The notes under the pieces were generated by a model that saw only the letters and a program-made list of their open reading frames with translations, searched no databases and was not told the origin of the DNA. Below are positions 1 through 8,823 of a stretch of 28,143 nucleotides of DNA, piece after piece; the stretch's first letter is position 1; the number at the start of each line of letters is the position of its first letter. The stretch is from assembly GCA_964547155.1 (NCBI GenBank), contig CAZJMM010000002.1, forward strand, positions 1 through 28,143, written 5' to 3'. This stretch comes from an uncultured Dehalococcoidaceae bacterium. GTDB lineage: Bacteria; Chloroflexota; Dehalococcoidia; GIF9; DYGU01. A program made the translations under genes and the position numbers.

Positions 1-165
1 CACCCCAAATGCTTGCTGACCGAAACCGGCAAACATGCCCGTCGTTGGTACACAGTAGCCTATAAGGATTTCTTCTGGACCTGCTGGTGGTGCTGGAGCA
101 CAAGCGCTAAAGATTACAGCGCCAATCGCTGCCACCACCAAAAAGACAATGAATACTTTTTTCAA
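1..165 (-). CDS. Partial (5' end only) branched-chain/aromatic ABC substrate-binding lipoprotein, paralog of 528..1850
   Basis: Manual translation from TTG at 165: MKKVFIVFLVVAAIGAVIFSACAPAPPPGPEEILIGYCVPTTGMFAGFGQQAFGV, running off the window. AAGGAGG SD upstream, lipobox-like FSAC, and 'TGMFAGF' shared with the 528 gene. Absent from the ORF track. Confidence 0.9.
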   Translation of the reverse strand, partial: MKKVFIVFLVVAAIGAVIFSACAPAPPAGPEEILIGYCVPTTGMFAGFGQQAFGV

Positions 166-310
166 CGCTTATTCCTCCTTTCTTTACTATTGAAGACGGT
201 CAATCAATCGTCGAACTCTTAGTAAATTAGCCCATCTATCACCTCCCTTAAAAGAGTAGTTCGCTTAGATGGTCAAGTTTTTTGAAATCAATCGCTTCAG
301 CTAAGTCAGA

Positions 311-338
311 ATTATACACCTTGGGAAGCTACTGTCAA
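311..338 (-). promoter_or_regulatory. sigma70-type promoter for the leftward SBP gene
   Basis: Minus strand TTGACA (338-333), 16-nt spacer, TATAAT (316-311); both hexamers are perfect consensus. Confidence 0.75.
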
Positions 339-527
339 GAGCCTGAAAAATCTGAATAAAAAAGTTACTTGGATGCCACCACATTGACAATTATGATACA
401 ATAATTAACTGACTACCAGCCAGCAAATGAGGAAAAGCCAAAATGGGGGTGGGAATTGACATAGGCAGATTATGCTTCAGATTATACTAAGGAATAAAAG
501 TGGGAATCAGAAGAAGGAGGTTAAAGC

Positions 528-1850
528 GTGAAAAAGTTACTTTTAATCTGTGCCGTGATTGCTGTAGTAACCAGTTTAGTTTTAGTTGGTTGTGCTCCAA
601 AACCGGCACCAGCAGGTGAAATCGTTGTTGGCGTTGTGGCACCACTTACAGGCATGTTTGCTGGGTTTGCTGAAGGCATTCTTTTCGGAATACAAGCTGC
701 TGTCGAGGATATCAACAAGCTGGGTGGAGTAAACGTGGGGGGAACCATGATGAAGATTAAGCTTGTAGTTGTTGATTACGAGAGTGACCCTGCCAAGGCA
801 GGGGCTCTTGCTGAAGACGTAATCCTCCGCAGCAAAGTACAATTCATCGTTCATGGCATTGAGCCACCGCACGTACGCGCCCCTATAGCGGTAAAATGTG
901 AAGCGCACAAGGTGCCCCATGTCACAGGAGTCGGTCCCTTTGAAGCCTGGATGGGTCTGAGGGCAGAGGCGCCAGTGCCATGGACATATACCTGGGCAAT
1001 CAGTTTTGCCATAGCCACCCCGGCTCCACCGGGAGATTTTCGGCATGGCAAGATTGGCTATAACATGATGGACTCCTGGACTTCTGCCCTCAAGGAAATC
1101 GAACCTCTGACCAATAAGAAAGTAGCCGCCCTCGCCTCTGATGAGCCAGACGGCAGAGGTTGGTATCTAGCCTTCAGCCCAGTCTTAAAAGAGATGGGCT
1201 GGGAGGTCTATAAGGTGGAGCAGAGATTCGGTTTGGTCCCTCTGGAGACCATCGACTTCTCGCCCCTTATAAAGGAATGGAAAGACGCTGACTGTGAAAC
1301 ACTCTGGGCAAACTGCCCCGCACCCTGGTTTGGAGTATTCTGGAAACAAGCTTATGCTATGGGTTTCAAACCCAAGATGGTGTACGCTACCAGAGCAGGC
1401 CTGTTTTATTCCGATGTCTTTGCTTGGGGGCCTGACCTGGTTCATGGCATAAGCAACGAAATGTTCTGGAACCCGGCTATCAAAGACTCTCCGGGCATCG
1501 GCGGCACAACCCCCCAATCCTTCGCTGACAGATGGGTAAAAGAGAAAAAACAGCCCTATAGCCAAGTTATGGGGTCCAGCTATGCCGCCGTCCAAGTGCT
1601 GATTGATGCCCTTCAAAGAGCTGGCTCTACCGAGCCTGAGAAGGTCAATGCTGCTCTTGCCAAGACCGATTTGATGACAATATATCACCGGGTAGTCTTT
1701 GATAAGGACCAGTTCAGCCGTGTGCCGGTTGGTTTTGGCCAGTGGATAAAAGTGGATAAACCGTGGCAATTGGAAAATCCCATAGTTATTTCCCAACATG
1801 ACTTCATGCCCATTATGGCACCGCTGTTGTTCCCAATTCCATACGAATAG
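528..1850 (+). CDS. livK: ABC transporter substrate-binding lipoprotein, LivK/PBP1 type
   Basis: 440 aa, GTG start after AAGGAGG, lipobox LVGC, 'VGVVAPLTG...G...AVEDINKLGG' N-terminus, neighbours livGFHM. Confidence 0.9.
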   Translation: MKKLLLICAVIAVVTSLVLVGCAPKPAPAGEIVVGVVAPLTGMFAGFAEGILFGIQAAVEDINKLGGVNVGGTMMKIKLVVVDYESDPAKAGALAEDVILRSKVQFIVHGIEPPHVRAPIAVKCEAHKVPHVTGVGPFEAWMGLRAEAPVPWTYTWAISFAIATPAPPGDFRHGKIGYNMMDSWTSALKEIEPLTNKKVAALASDEPDGRGWYLAFSPVLKEMGWEVYKVEQRFGLVPLETIDFSPLIKEWKDADCETLWANCPAPWFGVFWKQAYAMGFKPKMVYATRAGLFYSDVFAWGPDLVHGISNEMFWNPAIKDSPGIGGTTPQSFADRWVKEKKQPYSQVMGSSYAAVQVLIDALQRAGSTEPEKVNAALAKTDLMTIYHRVVFDKDQFSRVPVGFGQWIKVDKPWQLENPIVISQHDFMPIMAPLLFPIPYE

Positions 1851-1874
1851 ACTCACAGTAGCAGCCTTGTTGCA

Positions 1875-1903
1875 AAAGCCCCTCTCTTTAAGAGAGGGGC
1901 TTT
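1875..1903 (+). terminator. Intrinsic terminator-like hairpin after the SBP gene
   Basis: AAAGCCCCTCTCT-TTA-AGAGAGGGGCTTT, a 13-bp perfect inverted repeat 25 nt after the stop. Confidence 0.75.
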
Positions 1904-1947
1904 CATAAATGTCATATTGCGATTTATGTTGAACCTAAGTCAAAGAG

Positions 1948-1976
1948 TTGACATGCCGGCAGTAGACTAATATTAT
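1948..1976 (+). promoter_or_regulatory. sigma70-type promoter for livGFHM
   Basis: TTGACA (1948-1953), 17 nt, TATTAT (1971-1976). The -35 is also one arm of a GTCAA-N4-TTGAC palindrome (1939-1952). Confidence 0.6.
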
Positions 1977-2015
1977 TTAACATTGATTTTGCCTCATTTT
2001 AGTTGTCCCAAAAAT

Positions 2016-2735
2016 ATGGACGAACCAATACTTTCAATCCAAGGGATAACCAAACGCTTTGGCGGATTAGTTGCTCTCCAGAATGTCAGTTTCGACGTAA
2101 AAGCTGGTGAAATTGTTGGTTTGATGGGTCCCAACGGTGCTGGTAAGACAACTCTGTTAAATATCATAGCTGGTGAATACGCGCCTGACTCTGGTGAAAT
2201 TAGATTTAAGGGACGTAATATAACAAATTGTCCACCCCACGAAGTTTGCCGCCTTGCCATTGCCAGGACTTATCAGATTCCCCAGCCCTTTGTCACTCTA
2301 TCCGCCCGTGATAATCTCCTGGTTTCGGCAATTTTTGGTAGGAAGCTTACAAAACCAGTGGCTGAGCTCGAAAACAGCAAGATTTTGGATTTGGTGGGTC
2401 TTTCAGAGAAGAAAGATTTACCGGCTACTGACCTGCCCACGCTATTGCTCAAAAAACTCGAGTTAGCCAGAGCCTTAGCCCGCGACCCGGAGCTATTATT
2501 GGTCGATGAAATAGCCGCAGGCTCCACCGAGGCAGAAATCCCTAAGATACTGGCTACCATTGCAGAAATTCGCAAAATGAGGAAAACCGTAGTTCTCGTA
2601 GAGCATGTTATGAAAGTGATGGTTAATGCAGTGGACAGAATTGTAGTGATAGATAAGGGGATGAAAATAGCCGAAGGTGAGCCACAGGCAGTAATGAACG
2701 ATAGCAAGGTGATTGAAGCTTATTTTGGTGCTTGA
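2016..2735 (+). CDS. livG: ABC transporter ATP-binding protein, LivG-like
   Basis: Walker A GPNGAGKTT, 'LELARALARDPELLLVDE', H-loop LVEH. ATG 2016 preferred over TTG 1983; neither has a clear SD. Confidence 0.9.
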   Translation: MDEPILSIQGITKRFGGLVALQNVSFDVKAGEIVGLMGPNGAGKTTLLNIIAGEYAPDSGEIRFKGRNITNCPPHEVCRLAIARTYQIPQPFVTLSARDNLLVSAIFGRKLTKPVAELENSKILDLVGLSEKKDLPATDLPTLLLKKLELARALARDPELLLVDEIAAGSTEAEIPKILATIAEIRKMRKTVVLVEHVMKVMVNAVDRIVVIDKGMKIAEGEPQAVMNDSKVIEAYFGA

Positions 2736-2772
2736 TAAATAAATCGTGTTTATAGAGGAGGTTTAGTTACAA

Positions 2773-3498
2773 ATGAAAATGGCTCAAGAAGTGCTGTTGG
2801 AAGTCAGCAACATAGACGTATTCCATGGTACATTTCAAGCCTTATGGGATGTATCACTGGAAGTAAGACGCGGTGAAATGCTGGCTCTTATTGGCAGCAA
2901 TACGGCAGGTAAATCCACGCTGCTGGATACAATTTCAGGCTTACTCCGACCCGCCAAAGGGCACATTGAATTTGAAGGCAAAGATATCACCAGATTAGCC
3001 CCCTACCAGATAGTCGAGCTCGGAATCACACAAGTCCCTGAGGGTAGAGGTATCTTCCCCGAAATGTCTGTATTAGACAATCTTATCATAGGCTCTTATA
3101 GCCGTAAAGCAAGACGAAAGAAAGAAGAAAATCTCAAGATGGTATATGAGCACTTTCCCATATTAGAAAAAAGGAAGAGACAAACTACTAAGACACTTAG
3201 CGGTGGAGAGCAACAAATGCTCGTCATTGGGCGTGGTTTAATGGCAGACCCCGAGTTAATGCTTCTCGATGAGATCTCCCTCGGGCTGGCTCCTATAGTT
3301 GTCAATGAGTTGTTCAAAGCTTTGATGGAAATTAGACAAAGAGGTATTACTATTCTCTTCGTGGAGCAAAACGTAAGGCGAAGCCTACAGGAAGCAGACA
3401 GAGCGTACATATTGGAGAATGGTCGTGTCACTCTCAGTGGCACCGCTGCTGAACTCCAAGAGGAAGAGGAGGTCAAGAAAGCATACTTCGGAATATGA
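2773..3498 (+). CDS. livF: ABC transporter ATP-binding protein, LivF-like
   Basis: Walker A GSNTAGKST, LSGGEQQ signature, LLDE, VEQN. Confidence 0.92.
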   Translation: MKMAQEVLLEVSNIDVFHGTFQALWDVSLEVRRGEMLALIGSNTAGKSTLLDTISGLLRPAKGHIEFEGKDITRLAPYQIVELGITQVPEGRGIFPEMSVLDNLIIGSYSRKARRKKEENLKMVYEHFPILEKRKRQTTKTLSGGEQQMLVIGRGLMADPELMLLDEISLGLAPIVVNELFKALMEIRQRGITILFVEQNVRRSLQEADRAYILENGRVTLSGTAAELQEEEEVKKAYFGI

Positions 3499-3524
3499 GA
3501 ATTTCGGGTATGGATGTGTGATAA

Positions 3525-4391
3525 ATGGCAGGTCTTGGTGACATAACTACTCCCCTTGTAATGGGGATCTTACTGGGCGGGTTATATGCTCTCATTGCCT
3601 TAGGTCTTTCCCTGGTTTTTGGAGTTATGAGATTGATAAACCTCGCCCACGGCGATTTTGTTATCTTGGGTAGCTATCTTGCTTACGCCTTAATGACCTT
3701 CCTGGGAATGGACCCGGTCATAAGCCTGGTTATATGCATACCAGTCATGTTTGCCCTGGGCTTTGGAGTCCAGAGGTATCTCATGAGTCGCGCCTTTGCC
3801 ATATCAATGGAAGCCCCGTTGATAATTGCCTTTGGTATTGCCCTGATACTCCAAAATACTAACCAGATTATCTGGACACCACTGTCAAGAGGATTAACCA
3901 CATCTTATTCCCTCGCCAGCTTTAATCTGGGACAGCTTCAATTTCCGCTGTCATATCTACTCGACTTTATTGCTGCTCTGATAGTAATGTTAGCCTTGCG
4001 CGAATTCCTTATGAGAACTTACTTAGGAAAAGCGATTACCGCTGCTTCACAAAATAAAAGAGCAGCCCACTTAATGGGTATCAATACTGACCGCGTATAT
4101 GGCTTTGCCTTCGCTATCGCTATGGTATCTGCTGCTGTAGCCGGCGTTTTCCTGGGGATGACATTTCCCTTCACTCCAGTCTCAGGAGTGTCTTTCCTCA
4201 TAATTGCTTTTGGTGTGGTGATAATAGGAGGTTTGGGCAGCATGTTAGGAACGTTTATCGGAGGCATTATCCTCGGATTAGTTCAAACGCTTAGCGGGGC
4301 ATACTTGGGTCCAGCTTATCAGATGCTCATTCTATACGTTATGATTCTTGTAGTATTAGCCATAAGACCTCAAGGTCTATTTGGTCGTTAG
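3525..4391 (+). CDS. livH: Branched-chain amino acid ABC permease, LivH-like
   Basis: 'GGLYALIALGLSLVFGVMRLINLAHGDF' motif; hydrophobic; ends RPQGLFG. Confidence 0.92.
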   Translation: MAGLGDITTPLVMGILLGGLYALIALGLSLVFGVMRLINLAHGDFVILGSYLAYALMTFLGMDPVISLVICIPVMFALGFGVQRYLMSRAFAISMEAPLIIAFGIALILQNTNQIIWTPLSRGLTTSYSLASFNLGQLQFPLSYLLDFIAALIVMLALREFLMRTYLGKAITAASQNKRAAHLMGINTDRVYGFAFAIAMVSAAVAGVFLGMTFPFTPVSGVSFLIIAFGVVIIGGLGSMLGTFIGGIILGLVQTLSGAYLGPAYQMLILYVMILVVLAIRPQGLFGR

Positions 4392-4397
4392 AAGAAA

Positions 4398-5390
4398 ATG
4401 AAGTTTCGTATTCCTCTGTTAAGGGTAGGACTGATCCCGCTGCTGGTAATAGTAATTCTGCTGGCGCTATTCCCTGTAATAGGAGTACCACATAGCTGGT
4501 TACTTTATGTCTTCCTCTTTTTTATCTATCTGGCTATGGCTAATATGTGGAATTTACTTGCGGGGTATTCCGGTCTGCTGTCACTATGTCAGCCTGCATT
4601 TCTTGGTTTAGCGGGATATACCTTGGCGATAGGCACCTGGGTTAATATACCATGGTGGGCAGGACTGATAGGCGGCGCTATCGTAGCGGCAATATTTGCT
4701 TTCTTGATTTCTATCCCTGTTTTTAGGCTTAGGGGTATATACTTCGCCATTGGCACCCTGGTTGTGCCTGAAGCGCTGAGGATTGCCTTTTATCTATGGA
4801 AACCGGTTGGGGGGGAAATACACGGTGCCGGTGCAGGCTATATGATAAAGGGTATCGCAGATGTCTCCATGACGCAAATTTACTGGATGGCTTTCATTAT
4901 CGGGGTTGCATCGGTTTTCCTCATGAGATTTATTCTCAAATCAAACTTGGGGCTGGGTCTCGCGGCAATCCACGATAATGATAGAGCAGCTGCCAGTTGT
5001 GGAGTAAACGTTTTCAGACTTAAGCTGTATACATTCATCATTGGCGCTGTAGTTACAGGATTGGCTGGAGCTGTTTTCTATCTCTACCAAGGTTATATTG
5101 AACCATCGGCTACTTTCAACGTGAAGTGGACTATGACACTTTTGTTAGCTACGGTCATAGGTGGCATGCGTACAGAGGAAGGACCTATTATCGGTACTAT
5201 TATTGTAGTCTTCCTGTATTTCTATCTGGCTCGATATGCTGGCTATAGTCTGCTTATACAGGGTGCAATACTGATTTTCGTCATGTTGGCATCACCACAA
5301 GGTATTGTAGGTATAATACGCAATACTGGGTTCTATAGATCACTCTCCCAGTTAGCCAATAGACGATTGGTCAATCTCAGAAACGGGTAA
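4398..5390 (+). CDS. livM: Branched-chain amino acid ABC permease, LivM-like
   Basis: 'WNLLAGYSGLLSLCQPAFLG', 'RLRGIYFAIGTL', 'PQGIVG' motifs. Confidence 0.92.
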   Translation: MKFRIPLLRVGLIPLLVIVILLALFPVIGVPHSWLLYVFLFFIYLAMANMWNLLAGYSGLLSLCQPAFLGLAGYTLAIGTWVNIPWWAGLIGGAIVAAIFAFLISIPVFRLRGIYFAIGTLVVPEALRIAFYLWKPVGGEIHGAGAGYMIKGIADVSMTQIYWMAFIIGVASVFLMRFILKSNLGLGLAAIHDNDRAAASCGVNVFRLKLYTFIIGAVVTGLAGAVFYLYQGYIEPSATFNVKWTMTLLLATVIGGMRTEEGPIIGTIIVVFLYFYLARYAGYSLLIQGAILIFVMLASPQGIVGIIRNTGFYRSLSQLANRRLVNLRNG

Positions 5391-5608
5391 AACAAAACAA
5401 CATGGTTCATCGTAATTATTCTCCTTGACACACGTATACATTATCTTTACCTTCCCTGCTTCTCTGAATACTGCCAGCTACACCTGTATTGTAATTTCGA
5501 ATCTGCCGTTATTCCAATAGCTTTTGCAGTCTAAATAAAATATATGAAATTTGGCCCAGCTTTTTCCCTTCCACACTCGTTATTCATCTTCTATACTGGT
5601 AAATATCA

Positions 5609-7570
5609 TCAGGACTTTAGGTCTTCAATTTGAGCAAAGAAATCTAATGATTGCGGATTGACCAATGCGTCCCTATTCAGCACGGGCTTGCCATGTATGA
5701 TGTTTGTAACTGCGCTCTCTACCTTTTTCATATTGAATGTATATGGTATATCAGGTACTTCAATAATTTTAGCAGGGACATGTCGAGGCGAGGCATTATC
5801 CCGCAGCATTTTTCTAATCTTGTTCCTCAATTCCTCTGTCAATTGGTATCCAGGAGCCAGCTTAACAAAGAGAATTAGACGCTGGTCTCCCTGCCAGTTT
5901 TGCCCAATAACGAGGCTATCAACAATCTCCCCCAGCTTCTCCACCTGATTATATATCTCAGCTGTCCCGATACGCACACCTGAAGGTTTCAGGACTGAAT
6001 CAGATCTCCCGAGAAAAGTATATCCGCCAGTGTCACTGTGGCGAATAACATAATCGCCGTGACGCCAGACATTCTTGCTAGGATAGAAGTCGAAATATGT
6101 TTCGCGGTACTTCTTATTCCCAGGATCATTCCAGAAGTACAGTGGCATGGGGGGAGCGGGAGCTTCACAAACAAGTTCTCCCTCTTTATCAGCAATTGGA
6201 TTTCCTTTCTCATCATAGACGTTAATCTTCATACCGAGGCCTGGACCCTGTAGCTCACCAGCATAGACCGGTAAATCTGGACTTCCAATTGCAAAGCAGC
6301 CGTTTATATCCGTCCCACCGGAGATGGAGTTGAAATGCAGGTCTTTTTTTATTTCTTCATAGACATATTGGAATCCTTCAGCTGAAAGCGGTGAACCCGT
6401 CTGGGATATCTGGCGCAATGAAGTTAGATCATACTTCGTACCGGGTTTGGCGCCTTCACTTCGCAGGGTGTTTATGAAGGTTGCACTACAGCCAAAAATG
6501 GTGATTCTTTCATCTTGGATCAACTTCCACATTGCATTCACATCAGGGTAAAGAGGATTCCCATCGTAGAGAACAATAGTTGCTCCTGTAGCGAGTGAGC
6601 TGAGCAGCCAGTTCCACATCATCCAGCTACATGTTGTTATATAGAAAATAATATCCCCTCGGCGCAAGTCGGAGTGAATAACTAGTTCTTTAAGATGATT
6701 GACCAGTATACCGGCTGTACCCTGCACCATACATTTGGGTTTCCCGGTTGTACCAGAAGAAAACATAATATAGAGGGGATGGTCCGATGGCACCTGCTCA
6801 AATACCATGTCGGTATCCTTTTGTTTGGAAAGAAACTCATCAAAATATACTGAATGTGAGATATGGCTTATATCTGGCTTCTCGTCCAAATAGGTTGAAA
6901 TGATTACTTTCTTCAAAGAGGGCATTCTTTTAACTAGTTCAGTTGCATTTGGTATACTTGTAAATGCCTTCCCTTTGTAAAAATACCCGTTAACAGTAAA
7001 TAATACCTTTGGTTCTATCTGGCTGAAACGATCCAGCGCAGCATCAGGGCCAATATCCGTAGCACACGATGCCCATGTCGCACCAATGCTAGTAGCGGCA
7101 AGCATCGCCTCAGCTGTCTCTATCATGTTTGGCATGTAGCCAACGACACGGTCGCCGGGTGAGACGCCTAAATCACGCAACGACCTGGCTAATCTCGCCA
7201 CAGCGGTATAAAGCTCAGTATATGTTAACGTCGTCCTTTTCTGGGTCTCACCTATAAATATGAATGCTGTTTTGTTATCTCTATAACGAAGGAGGTTCTC
7301 AGCAAAATTCAACCGTGCTCCGGGGAACCACGCAGCACCGGGAAATTTTGATAAGTCATCCACAACCATGTCGTACCTTTTGGATGCTTTTATGCCAGTA
7401 AATTCCCAAACCGCCGACCAGAAGTCCTGTATGCTTGTTACCGACCAATCATATAGCTCGAAATAGGAATGAAAATCATACCCATATCGTTTATTTACAA
7501 AAGCCATGAACTTAGTTGTGTTAGCACTAATCTTTCGTTCTTCTGAGGGTGCCCAAAGCATTTTACTCAT
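5609..7570 (-). CDS. Acetoacetate-CoA ligase (acetoacetyl-CoA synthetase)
   Basis: 653 aa; 'WFPGARLNFAENLLR', 'MFSSGTTGKPKCMVQG', 'TTCSWMMWNW', 'SISGGTD', 'GRSDSVLKPSGVRIGTAEIY' are typical of AacS. Confidence 0.92.
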   Translation of the reverse strand: MSKMLWAPSEERKISANTTKFMAFVNKRYGYDFHSYFELYDWSVTSIQDFWSAVWEFTGIKASKRYDMVVDDLSKFPGAAWFPGARLNFAENLLRYRDNKTAFIFIGETQKRTTLTYTELYTAVARLARSLRDLGVSPGDRVVGYMPNMIETAEAMLAATSIGATWASCATDIGPDAALDRFSQIEPKVLFTVNGYFYKGKAFTSIPNATELVKRMPSLKKVIISTYLDEKPDISHISHSVYFDEFLSKQKDTDMVFEQVPSDHPLYIMFSSGTTGKPKCMVQGTAGILVNHLKELVIHSDLRRGDIIFYITTCSWMMWNWLLSSLATGATIVLYDGNPLYPDVNAMWKLIQDERITIFGCSATFINTLRSEGAKPGTKYDLTSLRQISQTGSPLSAEGFQYVYEEIKKDLHFNSISGGTDINGCFAIGSPDLPVYAGELQGPGLGMKINVYDEKGNPIADKEGELVCEAPAPPMPLYFWNDPGNKKYRETYFDFYPSKNVWRHGDYVIRHSDTGGYTFLGRSDSVLKPSGVRIGTAEIYNQVEKLGEIVDSLVIGQNWQGDQRLILFVKLAPGYQLTEELRNKIRKMLRDNASPRHVPAKIIEVPDIPYTFNMKKVESAVTNIIHGKPVLNRDALVNPQSLDFFAQIEDLKS

Positions 7571-7696
7571 GCTGTTTTTCCTTTCTCTTCTGTCTGCGAT
7601 TCACTGGTTAGGGATTATGTTGAGGATCATGAAAGAGCCCAAGTACCTTGAAATAGAGCAGACTTTTACCAAGAAATCTTAATCAGGACTGGAGAG

Positions 7697-7725
7697 ATTT
7701 TATTTAAACATTTTGTTAAAGTCAA
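7697..7725 (-). promoter_or_regulatory. sigma70-type promoter for the acetoacetate-CoA ligase
   Basis: Minus strand TTGACT (7725-7720), 17 nt, TAAAAT (7702-7697). Confidence 0.6.
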
Positions 7726-7824
7726 CTGTCTACACGAGTTCTACCAAAAGTGGTAGTTATGTTGTAGAATAAGCATGAATAACACTGAACCAAGAATTCA
7801 TTTTCATAAAGAGGAGGTTTAGGC

Positions 7825-8619
7825 ATGAGATTTATTGACCCTCATCTTCACACAGATATGATAGATGACATAAACCTTGAAAAACTGGCTATGGCAGGTA
7901 TGGAGGCAGCGGTCATCCCATCCCCACACATGTTAAAAGGGCTATTCACGGCAGAGACAGTTCTCCAACTATGGAGGAGATTATTAGACTTCGAAATCAA
8001 GAGCCTTAAGTCCATGTGTGTAGAGGGGTATGTGGCGCTAAGCATACCATTTTATGGGTTGACTCCAGAAGCTGTTGAGGAATGTCTCGAACAGCTTCCT
8101 AAATACCTTAAAAACGAACGAGTAGTAGGTATGGGTGAGATAGGTCTTGACGTTGGTATCGAAGATGAAGCGAAGCTTTTCAGAGCTCAACTGAGGCTTG
8201 CTAAGGCTCATAATCTCCCCATAATAGTGCATTCTCCCATTCGGCTAGCGCCTCAAGCACCTACGGTAATAAAGCAAATAGTAAATGTTATAAATGAAGA
8301 AAAGTTTCCCTTAGACAGGGTGATTCTGGACCATACTGGAGAGAGTACGTTTGATTATCGTGTCAATACGGGTGCTATGGTTGGACTAAGCGTATGTCAC
8401 GATAAAATGCCTCCTGAGATTGCTGCGCAATATGTGTTTAAAAACCTAGATAAGCGAAACAAGTTGGTTATCAACTCCGAACTCGGATATGGAAATGATG
8501 GTTATTTCTCAATTCCAAGAGTAATCTTAGCCATGAGAATACTGGGGCTAAAAAGAGAGGAGATAGAGAAAGTTATTTTTGAAAACCCGAAGAAATTCTT
8601 TAATCTGCCAATTGATTAG
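7825..8619 (+). CDS. TatD-related metal-dependent TIM-barrel hydrolase (COG1099-like)
   Basis: DPHLH, VGMGEIGLD, IIVHSP, VILDH and INSE motifs; GGAGG SD. Confidence 0.8.
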   Translation: MRFIDPHLHTDMIDDINLEKLAMAGMEAAVIPSPHMLKGLFTAETVLQLWRRLLDFEIKSLKSMCVEGYVALSIPFYGLTPEAVEECLEQLPKYLKNERVVGMGEIGLDVGIEDEAKLFRAQLRLAKAHNLPIIVHSPIRLAPQAPTVIKQIVNVINEEKFPLDRVILDHTGESTFDYRVNTGAMVGLSVCHDKMPPEIAAQYVFKNLDKRNKLVINSELGYGNDGYFSIPRVILAMRILGLKREEIEKVIFENPKKFFNLPID

Positions 8620-8719
8620 ATTTGGGACCAATTCGATTGTAATCACTGAGAATCAAGAGGATTTTACTGATCTTTATTAGTCCAACTTAGCAAGCGTAGA
8701 ATAATTGATGTAGAAAGTG

Positions 8720-8758
8720 ATAGGGAACTGATACTCGAAAGTTTCAGTCCCCTGTTTT
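8720..8758 (+). terminator. Possible terminator hairpin between tatD-like gene and the convergent pseudogene
   Basis: AGGGAACTGATAC-TCGAAA-GTTTCAGTCCCCT imperfect stem followed by GTTTT. Confidence 0.4.
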
Positions 8759-8823
8759 CCTACTGGTTAGTCACCGCTAAGTTACAAATTTATCGCTTAG
8801 ATTGTATGTCCATCCGATAGTCG

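Noticed and set aside
13-222. ORF-track 69-aa plus-strand ORF
   Set aside because: Antisense shadow of the real minus-strand SBP gene (1..165), which has an SD, a promoter and homology to the 528 gene.
5391-5608. Possible small ORF or gene remnant between livM and aacS
   Set aside because: The minus-strand frames I translated contain stops and no recognisable motif.
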